A stretch of DNA of 64,000 nucleotides from Promethearchaeia archaeon (lineage in GTDB: Archaea > Asgardarchaeota > Lokiarchaeia > Sigyniarchaeales > SOKP01), in the NCBI GenBank assembly GCA_029856105.1, contig JAHQWH010000226.1, forward strand, positions 1 through 64,000, given 5' to 3'. A program made the translations under genes and the position numbers. Shown here one piece after another: positions 1 to 8,625 of this stretch (its first letter is position 1; each line of letters begins with the position of its first letter). The notes under the pieces are model-generated. The model was not told the DNA's origin. It searched no databases and saw only the letters and a list, made by a program, of their open reading frames with translations.

Positions 1-1
1 T

Positions 2-142
2 TTTCAACCATCTAAATTTGAGAAACTTGTTAACGAACATCTCCAACAAGGTTGAAAGGTTATTAATTGTGCCTCGCTTTTCATGGGTGGGGTTAGCCCA
101 ACAAATGGGATACATTATTGGGCTTATCTAAGTAAAGATTAG
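2..142 (+). pseudogene. 3' part of a small DUF1737/DUF4177-like protein with an in-frame TGA at a Trp-expected position (truncated by window edge)
   Basis: Frame from nt 2 reads FQPSKFEKLVNEHLQQG*KVINCASLFMGGVSPTNGIHYWAYLSKD*; the F..(V/L)N..L..GW motif has TGA (53-55) in place of TGG. Confidence 0.45.
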
Positions 143-278
143 AGTAGTAAATCAATTAAAGAAGGTATCAACTTAAGTTCTATATTTTTTTTTCATTTTC
201 TTTACTTAAAAGAATAAACTCACTTTAGGGCTGGATTTTTAACGCTTCTTCAATACATTTAAGAGTTTCATTATTTTA

Positions 279-351
279 TCAATTTAAATTTGCGGCATTT
301 ATTATTATATTCGTTTCTAATTTTGTAATTTCTCCTTGAGTTAATTTTCAT
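279..351 (-). pseudogene. Remnant of a macrodomain (ADP-ribose-binding) N-terminus
   Basis: Minus strand reads (MK, one extra A) LTQGEITKLETNIIINAANLN*, matching the macrodomain start L.QGDIT.L..DAIVNAAN; frameshifted at the start and stops before the GGG loop. Confidence 0.5.
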
Positions 352-491
352 GAATTCTTTATTTTAACTAGGTTTTATTTAGCCTAAAATTGGTTTTACA
401 GAAAAGTATAAATAGTCTGCAATAAGTTTTAAATGTAGGATATTTTTTGCGAAATCCTATCTAACGAAAATTATAATCTAAAGGTAAGATT

Positions 492-3400
492 ATGAAAAAT
501 TTAAAACAAATTTCAATTTTGGGAATTATTTTAGCTAGCGTAATACTCAGTTTTTCGTTCTTAAACTTCGCAATTTACATTCCGTATAATGAAATTGAAT
601 CTAAGGAATTACTAAATCCTCGTACTTCACAAGTTGATCCTTTTCTTTATGAGAAATATGTGACAATAGGGGGTAGTTATATAGCAAAAGCGCATTACAT
701 TGCACTAGATAGCTCAAATAATATATACATTACAGGTAATATAAGAATTAATGAAACAGAAACAACTGATGCCTTTTTAGCAAAACTTGATAACAACGGT
801 AATGAAATTTGGTATAAGATTTGGGGAGGAATATACGATGACTCTGGAAGTGGAATTGCGTTTGATTCTTCTGGTGATGTTTACATGGGAGGCTCTACAT
901 CAAGTTTTGGTCCATCTGTACCAAATGCAAATTGGTTCTTAGCAAAATTTGATAATGTCGGAAATCAAATATGGAATTACTCCTGGGGTACTGTTCAAGG
1001 AGAATGGGGCGGTCATATTGCCGTAGATTCCTCAGATTACATTTATTATACCGGATCAACATGGGGACATGGGGGGCCTTCTGCGAACGTGGGATTAGTG
1101 AAATTCAACAGTGCAGGTGCGATTCAATGGGCTCGTTATTGGGGTATTGGTGGATATGATTCACCAAGAGATTTAGTGATTGATACTTCGGATAATATTT
1201 ATATTATTGCAGGCTCGGATAATAGAGGTTTTGGTGGTAGAGATGTAGCTCTTATTAAATATGATAGTGCTGGTGCATTACTTTGGGATACAGCGTGGGG
1301 AAGTACTGGTTATGATGATCCAAAAGGAATAGCCCTTGATAATTTAGGTAATGTTTACATTACTGGAATGACAGATAGTTATGGAGCTGGAGATTATGAT
1401 ATCTTTATTGCAAAATATGATGGTGTTCCTACTCTGCTTTGGAATTTTACTTGGGGAGGTGTAGATTCGGATATTTCAGCAGATTTGGTATTAGATTCAT
1501 CTAATAATATATATATTGCTGGTTATACTGAGAGTTTTGGTTCTGGAAGTAGTGATATTGTATCAATTAAATTTAATAGTTTGGGATATCAACAGTGGAA
1601 TAAAACATGGGGAGGTATTGATATTGAAGAATCTTATCGTATCAGCATCGATTCTTCAAACAACACTTATATCGCTGGAAGGATCGATAGTTTTGATGCA
1701 ATCACATCAAATGCCTTAATCCTTAAACGCAACAGTACGGGGGATGCAGAATGGTTTAAGACTTGGGATGGAGAAAGCAGAGATGAATGCTCTAAGATTG
1801 CTTTTGATTCATTGGGTAATTATTACTTAACGGGATTTACTGAGGTTTTTGGTAAAGGAGGAAGAGACGCAATACTTATCAAATATGATGCTTCTGGACT
1901 TCAACAATGGAAAGTAACCTGGGGAGGACATGAAGCAGAAGAAGCCTATTCTATTGCTATAGATTCTTACGATGATATTTATATCACTGGAAAAACTGAA
2001 AGTTTCGGTCCAGGAGATTCATGTGCGTTTCTTTTAAAATATAACGATACTGGAGATTTGCAGTGGAATCATACATGGGGCGGTAATTATGTTGAATATG
2101 GAAGTGGAATTGCGTTCGATTCTTCTGGAGCTGTTTACATGGGTGGCTCTACATCAAGTTTTGGTCCAGCTGTTCCAAATGCAAACTGGTTCTTAGCAAA
2201 ATTTGATAACGCAGGAAATCAAATATGGAATTACTCCTGGGGTACTGTTCAAGGAGAATGGGGCGGTAATATTGCCATAGATTCCTCAGATTACATTTAC
2301 TATATCGGATCAACATGGGGCCACGGAGGGCCTTCTGCTAATGTGGGATTGGTGAAATTTGATACTGCAGGAGTGATTCAATGGGCTCGTTATTGGGGTA
2401 TTGGTGGTTATGATTCGCCTAGAGATATAGTGATTGATTCCTCAGATAATATATATATTATTGCAGGCTCGGATAATAGAGGCTTTGGTGGTAGGGATGT
2501 AGCATTGATAAAGTATAATAGTTCGGGTACTTTATTATGGGATGATGCTTGGGGAGGTACTGGTTATGATGATCCGAAAGGAATAACACTCGATAATTTA
2601 GGTAATATCTACATTACTGGCATAACGAATAGCTTTGGTGGAGGAGATTACGATATTATGACACTAATCTTTGACGAGTTTGGTTCAATTAAGTGGGAAA
2701 AAATATTTGGTTCTGATGAAGATGATGAAAGTCGTGATATTAAATTCGATTCGTCAAATAACCTTTTTATAGGGGGATATACAAAAAGCTTTGGCGTTGG
2801 AAGTGGTGATATACTCTTATTAAATTATGAAATTGATTTAAATCCTCCTGTAATATCTATAACAGATCCCGAATCTAATGAATTTTGTGGCGTAAATGGA
2901 CCAGATTTCGCAGTGTTGATTAACGAGGACAATATTGATGCTTCATGGTATACTTTAGATGACGGTATAATCAATATTTCATTTTCTGGACTCACTGGTA
3001 CAGTAGATCAAACTGAATGGGAAAAAAAAGGTAATGGAACTGTAAATCTAAATTTCTTTATTCGAGATTTTACGGGTTTTGAAGATGATTCCATGGTTAA
3101 ATTCTGGAAAGACATCATATGTCCCGTATCCTCGATTGATTTTATTCCTCACAGCGGAACTACTATTGTAAACAGTTCTACACAATTTACATTAAGTGCA
3201 AGTGATGGTGACGGATGTGGAGTTTCTTCAATAAAATATAGAATAAACTATGGTACTTGGATTGATTATTCTAGTCCTTTCACACTCGCAAGCCTAAGTT
3301 CAGGAAATCATCAAATTGAATTTTATTCAGTCGACGATTTGGACAATACTGAAAATATTCAAAATATCTACATTCAACTTGTAGATTTTGAATCAATTCC

Positions 3401-3494
3401 AGAAATAAGTGGATATAATCTCTTAATTCTAATCAGTTTAGTTGGAGTTATCTCACTATTAATACTGCGTAAAAAAATTAAATCAAAATATTAA
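492..3494 (+). CDS. Secreted beta-propeller (SBBP-repeat) surface protein with Ig-like domains and Loki-CTERM-type anchor
   Basis: N-terminal hydrophobic signal; many IAxDSSxNIYITG.T.SFG.G..D..L.KYD..G...W...WGG repeats; C-terminal ISGYNLLILISLVGVISLLILRKK. Confidence 0.85.
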   Translation: MKNLKQISILGIILASVILSFSFLNFAIYIPYNEIESKELLNPRTSQVDPFLYEKYVTIGGSYIAKAHYIALDSSNNIYITGNIRINETETTDAFLAKLDNNGNEIWYKIWGGIYDDSGSGIAFDSSGDVYMGGSTSSFGPSVPNANWFLAKFDNVGNQIWNYSWGTVQGEWGGHIAVDSSDYIYYTGSTWGHGGPSANVGLVKFNSAGAIQWARYWGIGGYDSPRDLVIDTSDNIYIIAGSDNRGFGGRDVALIKYDSAGALLWDTAWGSTGYDDPKGIALDNLGNVYITGMTDSYGAGDYDIFIAKYDGVPTLLWNFTWGGVDSDISADLVLDSSNNIYIAGYTESFGSGSSDIVSIKFNSLGYQQWNKTWGGIDIEESYRISIDSSNNTYIAGRIDSFDAITSNALILKRNSTGDAEWFKTWDGESRDECSKIAFDSLGNYYLTGFTEVFGKGGRDAILIKYDASGLQQWKVTWGGHEAEEAYSIAIDSYDDIYITGKTESFGPGDSCAFLLKYNDTGDLQWNHTWGGNYVEYGSGIAFDSSGAVYMGGSTSSFGPAVPNANWFLAKFDNAGNQIWNYSWGTVQGEWGGNIAIDSSDYIYYIGSTWGHGGPSANVGLVKFDTAGVIQWARYWGIGGYDSPRDIVIDSSDNIYIIAGSDNRGFGGRDVALIKYNSSGTLLWDDAWGGTGYDDPKGITLDNLGNIYITGITNSFGGGDYDIMTLIFDEFGSIKWEKIFGSDEDDESRDIKFDSSNNLFIGGYTKSFGVGSGDILLLNYEIDLNPPVISITDPESNEFCGVNGPDFAVLINEDNIDASWYTLDDGIINISFSGLTGTVDQTEWEKKGNGTVNLNFFIRDFTGFEDDSMVKFWKDIICPVSSIDFIPHSGTTIVNSSTQFTLSASDGDGCGVSSIKYRINYGTWIDYSSPFTLASLSSGNHQIEFYSVDDLDNTENIQNIYIQLVDFESIPEISGYNLLILISLVGVISLLILRKKIKSKY
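846..2620 (+). repeat. Intragenic direct duplication of about 520 bp (846-1366 and 2100-2620, offset 1254 bp)
   Basis: Near-identical nucleotide blocks, e.g. GGAAATCAAATATGGAATTACTCCTGGGGTACTGTTCAAGGAGAATGGGGCGGT in both copies. Confidence 0.95.
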
Positions 3495-3496
3495 AT

Positions 3497-3541
3497 CTTT
3501 TTTTCTTTTTTGTAATTCGTTTTTCAATTAAGAACGAATTA
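3497..3541. terminator. T-tract plus 9-bp inverted repeat between convergent genes
   Basis: CTTTTTTTCTTTTTTG right after the stop at 3494; TAATTCGTT (3513-3521) / AACGAATTA (3533-3541). Confidence 0.4.
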
Positions 3542-3566
3542 GATAGAAACTTGTATATAAAAAATT

Positions 3567-4889
3567 TTAATTTATTTGATAAAAATGTTCTTCAAATTCA
3601 GGCTTTCCCTTATATTTTCCTAAGAATAGCAGTGGAGCCATTTTTATGTTTTTAAAGATATAAGATGGAGCTCGAATCCCTGCTTGTCTCAGCGCTTCTT
3701 GTATGCCGTCAACTTCAGGAGGGCATCCTTTAATCGCGATAAGTTCGTTGATATCTGGATGGTCCTTATTTTTATTATATTGGCATTGTCCAAGAAGTAT
3801 GGTCTTATTCATTCCAGGAGATGGTTCCATGATTTTCCCCGTTAAAATTTCTATATTATCAAAATCCTTACCTTTCCACGCTTCTTTAATTGCCATTAAA
3901 ATAACGCCATTAAAAAAGCTACAATAAGTACACATTGTTTCGTCGTATTTGCGATAACTTATTCCGCCGATACCCGCTTTAGCATAAGAGAGAGGTAATG
4001 TATTGTTATTTTTGTATATGAATTCCCATCCATGAGGAACGGCAAGGTCTTCTATGGTCTCTCCTTTTACTTCAATGTCGGATAAATCTATTGGGCAATT
4101 TCTATCTTTAGCCGCTTGAACCAAATGAGGGACGGCTATAGGGTCAATGCCTAATAAACTCGAACCAACTAAATCTGCTGAAAGAATGTTAGTTGATGCA
4201 ACTATTATGTCACTTCTGCGGGCTTTACCGTCAAAAGTTGGGCCCCTCTCAAGCGTGTAAACCCCATCAATGATTGTAAGACTAGGTGGTGCTTTGTTCG
4301 CTAGTTTAGACACATTATAATGAAGAGTATATTTGGGATCGTCACCATGGAACTTTTTACGCGACGGAATGTTAATCAAACCTTTTAAATTTTTTAACCC
4401 TAAACTGACAACACATTGAGCGTGTGTTTTGAGAACTGGGACATCTATTAAAAAGTCAGATTGAAGCATATCTGAGTTCATTTTTGCGGTTACACCTTCT
4501 GCGAGCTCTACTTTTTCAAATGGGCGCTCAAAAATATCGTATACTTTAATGTCATACCGTTTCTTGAATATATTATATCCAAGCTTTTCGAAGGCATCTT
4601 TAGATGTTTCCCTATCTTTTGGATCTTCTGTAATTATTCCTTCTCCAATGGTGATATCAGTAACACCATGTTCTTTCAGCAATATTAAAATCTCTTCCAT
4701 TACGCTCGAAGTTGTTAGCATACCCCACTTCGGAAAATCACAGTGCCTATTCCAATAGACTAAATTAGGCTTTATGAAAACTTTCGCGCTAGGGTCAAGA
4801 TTTTCGAACCCATTAGCAAGATCAACGGCTTTTCGAACGGATTCCGATCCCTTTTCGTATTTAACAATAGAAACTATCGATTTATTCAT
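3567..4889 (-). CDS. DUF362 domain-containing (Fe-S associated) protein
   Basis: VFIKPNL, PVLKTH, LGLKNLKG, TIIDG motifs; C-terminal CTYC and GCPP. Confidence 0.85.
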   Translation of the reverse strand: MNKSIVSIVKYEKGSESVRKAVDLANGFENLDPSAKVFIKPNLVYWNRHCDFPKWGMLTTSSVMEEILILLKEHGVTDITIGEGIITEDPKDRETSKDAFEKLGYNIFKKRYDIKVYDIFERPFEKVELAEGVTAKMNSDMLQSDFLIDVPVLKTHAQCVVSLGLKNLKGLINIPSRKKFHGDDPKYTLHYNVSKLANKAPPSLTIIDGVYTLERGPTFDGKARRSDIIVASTNILSADLVGSSLLGIDPIAVPHLVQAAKDRNCPIDLSDIEVKGETIEDLAVPHGWEFIYKNNNTLPLSYAKAGIGGISYRKYDETMCTYCSFFNGVILMAIKEAWKGKDFDNIEILTGKIMEPSPGMNKTILLGQCQYNKNKDHPDINELIAIKGCPPEVDGIQEALRQAGIRAPSYIFKNIKMAPLLFLGKYKGKPEFEEHFYQIN

Positions 4890-5002
4890 ATAATTATACC
4901 ATTTCTTTTATTAAAATTATTAGCGATTAGTTATTAGTGACTTGAATATTGATTATTTTAAAAATTAATTTATTTTAGAAATAAGTCTAAAAATTATTTG
5001 GT

Positions 5003-5548
5003 TTATTCCCTCACTTTCTTTTCCCAGTCTTCTCTTAGGATAGCCATTATTATTTCGTCGTAATACTTGCCATTATGATATCTTGCTTGTCGTTTTCTTC
5101 CCTCTTCGACAAATCCAACATTTTGATAAGATTTGTAAGCACGAGTATTAAATTCGTAAACAGTTAATTCGATCCTATTCATATTTAATGTGTTGAAACT
5201 ATACTCTACGAGCATTTCCATCGCTTCTGTTCCCAAACCTTTGTTTTGGTATTCTTTTTCTCCAATAGTAATACCACACGAACATGCTCGATTTTTGGCT
5301 TCTATATTTTGAATTGCGCAATTTCCAATGATTTTTTGAGGATCCTCCTGTTCTAATAAAAGAATTGAAAAATAAACCTCATTTTCTTTGTGTTTAAGCG
5401 CGTCGAACCATTCTTCTTCCCAATCTCGAGTCAATGGTTTATACATCAATAAGTATTGCGTAATCTCGGGATCGTTAAACCACTTTAGAAAAATATCGAT
5501 GTGTTTTTTATCAAGAGGAGCAAATTTAATTCGCTTTCCTTTTATCAT
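5003..5548 (-). CDS. GNAT acetyltransferase, RimJ/RimL / spermidine N1-acetyltransferase-like
   Basis: YQNKGLGTEA acetyl-CoA motif; N.RA...Y...GFVEEG..R. Confidence 0.9.
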   Translation of the reverse strand: MIKGKRIKFAPLDKKHIDIFLKWFNDPEITQYLLMYKPLTRDWEEEWFDALKHKENEVYFSILLLEQEDPQKIIGNCAIQNIEAKNRACSCGITIGEKEYQNKGLGTEAMEMLVEYSFNTLNMNRIELTVYEFNTRAYKSYQNVGFVEEGRKRQARYHNGKYYDEIIMAILREDWEKKVRE

Positions 5549-5626
5549 AAATACTAAGATTTCTACAAATTTTAAAAAATTAACGGAAAACGGATAAAAA
5601 CAGTAAGTTATATAATAAAAAGTAAA

Positions 5627-8500
5627 TTAGAAATAGATGCCCTTCTTTCGAGCGAAATATTTAACTAATTCAAAAGATATTATGCATATTAGCGAGATTA
5701 AAAAGCATACAAGCCAATCCAACCCAGTAAGATACATAAACATGAAATTTAAATTCACCGAAGCAAGGGTAACTTGAACCCCCGGAATGTACATGAGTGC
5801 AAGGAATAAACCGAATAACAATCCAATTAATAAGTACATGAATTTAGTACTATCTTCTTTTATGCTCTTTATCAAAGATTTATTCGGTCTTCTTATTTGA
5901 AACACCAAGAACGACTCGCAGAAGAAAATCGTTACCATTAGCATCGTTAGGGTTTTTATTTCGTTCAACGAAGCACCAGTGTCGTATAAAGGCAGAGTTT
6001 CAGGTGAAAAAAGGTAAGCTCCGTTCCAATCGCCAAAATTTATATTCTCTGGAAAAATTGGATAAATTCCAGTAATTGTTGTAAAGTAAACCACTATCAT
6101 GCTGAGTGCCAAAAAAGCCCCGAAAGCAAACAATAAAATAATCGTGTTTTTAGAAAGAATTTCTTCTTCGTTATGAGGTTTTTGCTTCATTACATCTTTA
6201 GATGTCGTATCGAAAGTTAGTATAAGACTTGGAAATAGGTGAACTGTAATGGCAAGAAAAATCCATTGATAGTAGAAAACTTCGTCTAAAAAATAGGGGA
6301 AGTTTAATATTACGGATAATATAAATTGGACGATGCCCTCGAATACGTTAATTGCTATGAAAAAGAATACAACTGCCCTAATACGAGCAAAAATTCCCCG
6401 CCCTTCTTCTATTCCTGTTACAATTGAGGTAAAAGAATCGTCGCTTATTACCATGTCGCTCGCTTCTTTGGCAACATCAGTTCCTTGTATGCCCATAGCT
6501 ATACCTGCATCTGCCATATTTAGAGCTAGTGCATCATTTACACCATCTCCCGTCATAGCGACAACTTGATTAGCATTTTGATATCTTTCTATAATCTCTT
6601 GTTTGTGTTTAGGGGATACCCTAGCAAATACTTTAATTCTACTAAAATCGAAAAATGAACGATTCTTTTTTATATCTTTACCCTCTACTACAATATCGTC
6701 ATCATTTTGAACTATAGATATTTGCTTAGCAATTGCCCTTGCAGTAGCAGGTGAGTCTCCAGTGATCATTACCACATCGACTCCAGCAGCATGGCATTCT
6801 TCTACGCTCTCATTTACACCGTCTCTAGGGGGATCCAAAATCGTTACAAAACCAATATAGATCATGTCTGATTCACACAATTCCCTACTTCTATCGTCTT
6901 CGGTGGGAATTATATCTAATTTTTTATAACATAAACTTAAAATTCTAAATCCTCTTTCAGCATAGTTGTTTGCTATTTTCATCACTTTATCTTTAGTTTC
7001 ACCTAGAAAATCCAATTCTTGGTTATTATACAAGACTTTATTGCATAAAGGAATTAAGATTTCGCTTGCACCTTTAGTGAAGGAATAAAATTTATCTTCT
7101 TTCTTGTAAACTTTAGTCATCCGTTTTACTTTCGAATCAAAGGGATATTCTTTAAAATATTCAAATTCTTCGAGGATATAATCGCCCATGCCTTTTTGGA
7201 ATATAACCATTAAAGCACCTTCCGTTGGAGAGCCAATGACGGTCCAGTTTGGAATGATTCTGCCTGAAATCTCAATCTCATTCTTTACTAAAGCAGAATT
7301 GTTGTTTAAGAATCCAGAAATTAATAGTAATTTAAGCTGTGGAAAATCATCAATGTGTTTCACATAAACCGGATTTTTTGGATCGTCAATTAATATTATT
7401 TCGCCTTCAGGGGTATACCCACTTCCTGTAACCTTATAGGTTGACCCGTTTGTCCAAATGATCGGAATGCTCATTTGATTCTTCGTTAGCGTGCCAGTTT
7501 TATCGCTGCAAACTACACTAACTCGGCCCAAACTATCTACTGAGGCTAAATTTCTAACAATAACGCCATGATGAGCCATTGTTAAAACTCCCGTAAGTAA
7601 AATAATTGTTACTAAAAGAGGGATGTTAATTGGAAGTAGATCCATAGCAGAATTCAAGCTTTTTACGAATTCTAATTCACCAGTAGCCCCCCATACAATC
7701 AATATTATAAGAAGCCAAAATCCTATTACAATTATACCCAACCATTTACCGAAGTTGTTCATTTTCTCTCGGATAGGGATTTCGCTTGTTCCAGCCTCTT
7801 CTAACCCTTGCGATATTTTTCCGATTTCAGTGTCCTTACCTGTCTTTACTGAGATTGCTGTAGCATTGCCTGTCGCGATAAAAGTTCCGTAAAATGTCAT
7901 ATTTTTACGATCACCAATTGAAATATCTTCTTTTTCTAAAGCTATACCTTCTTGAAGCTTTCTTACAAGTTCGGATTCGCCAGTAAGACTCGATTCATTA
8001 ACCTCTAAATTGGAAGATTGAATTAATCTTCCGTCTGCCGGAATCCTATCGCCTTGTTTTAATACTAATAAATCGCCAACTACTACCTCTTTTGTTGGTA
8101 TATCTATTTTTTGGCTATCTCTAATAACTGTGGATGTTGGTGCGGTCATTTCTCTTAAAGCTTTCAATTTTTTCGTAGCTCTATACTGCTGAATAATCGC
8201 AACAATACAGTTAAGACCAACAATCCCAAGAGTTAATAAAATAAAGGACATATTACCTTTGCCACCAAAGAAAGAGGACAAAAATAAGAATAGAGCTCCT
8301 ATTAAGTAAATTACAATTAACCAATTAAACAACGGAGCAAGGTAAATTTTGATGAACCCTTTAGACGCTTTTGGTATTTCGTTTAAGCCATAAAGCTCTA
8401 ACCTTTTTTGCGCTTCGTCTTTCGTCAATCCATTATTCGGATTTGTCTGAAACTTTTTGTAAATTTGCTCTAATTCCATATTATAATAAATTTCTTCCAT
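5627..8500 (-). CDS. P-type ATPase, P2A-like scaffold with non-canonical transport site
   Basis: TGES, DKTGT, KGASE, DPPR, TGD, GDGVND; M4 reads PINIP instead of PEGLP. Confidence 0.95.
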   Translation of the reverse strand: MEEIYYNMELEQIYKKFQTNPNNGLTKDEAQKRLELYGLNEIPKASKGFIKIYLAPLFNWLIVIYLIGALFLFLSSFFGGKGNMSFILLTLGIVGLNCIVAIIQQYRATKKLKALREMTAPTSTVIRDSQKIDIPTKEVVVGDLLVLKQGDRIPADGRLIQSSNLEVNESSLTGESELVRKLQEGIALEKEDISIGDRKNMTFYGTFIATGNATAISVKTGKDTEIGKISQGLEEAGTSEIPIREKMNNFGKWLGIIVIGFWLLIILIVWGATGELEFVKSLNSAMDLLPINIPLLVTIILLTGVLTMAHHGVIVRNLASVDSLGRVSVVCSDKTGTLTKNQMSIPIIWTNGSTYKVTGSGYTPEGEIILIDDPKNPVYVKHIDDFPQLKLLLISGFLNNNSALVKNEIEISGRIIPNWTVIGSPTEGALMVIFQKGMGDYILEEFEYFKEYPFDSKVKRMTKVYKKEDKFYSFTKGASEILIPLCNKVLYNNQELDFLGETKDKVMKIANNYAERGFRILSLCYKKLDIIPTEDDRSRELCESDMIYIGFVTILDPPRDGVNESVEECHAAGVDVVMITGDSPATARAIAKQISIVQNDDDIVVEGKDIKKNRSFFDFSRIKVFARVSPKHKQEIIERYQNANQVVAMTGDGVNDALALNMADAGIAMGIQGTDVAKEASDMVISDDSFTSIVTGIEEGRGIFARIRAVVFFFIAINVFEGIVQFILSVILNFPYFLDEVFYYQWIFLAITVHLFPSLILTFDTTSKDVMKQKPHNEEEILSKNTIILLFAFGAFLALSMIVVYFTTITGIYPIFPENINFGDWNGAYLFSPETLPLYDTGASLNEIKTLTMLMVTIFFCESFLVFQIRRPNKSLIKSIKEDSTKFMYLLIGLLFGLFLALMYIPGVQVTLASVNLNFMFMYLTGLDWLVCFLISLICIISFELVKYFARKKGIYF

Positions 8501-8625
8501 TAAGATTTCTCCCGCGACTTTTTATGAAATTTTATTATTAAATTAAAAAATGAAATAGTTATAATAAATAGACTATAGAAGTAATTGTTTTTATTTTATG
8601 TGTTTTTTGGTTAAATGAAAAAATA

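Noticed and set aside
53-55. Genome-wide TGA recoding
   Set aside because: TGA ends intact genes elsewhere (31181, 44796, 52093) and TGG encodes Trp throughout
846-2620. Diversity-generating retroelement TR/VR pair
   Set aside because: Both copies are in frame in one gene, differences are mostly synonymous and not adenine-specific, and no reverse transcriptase is present
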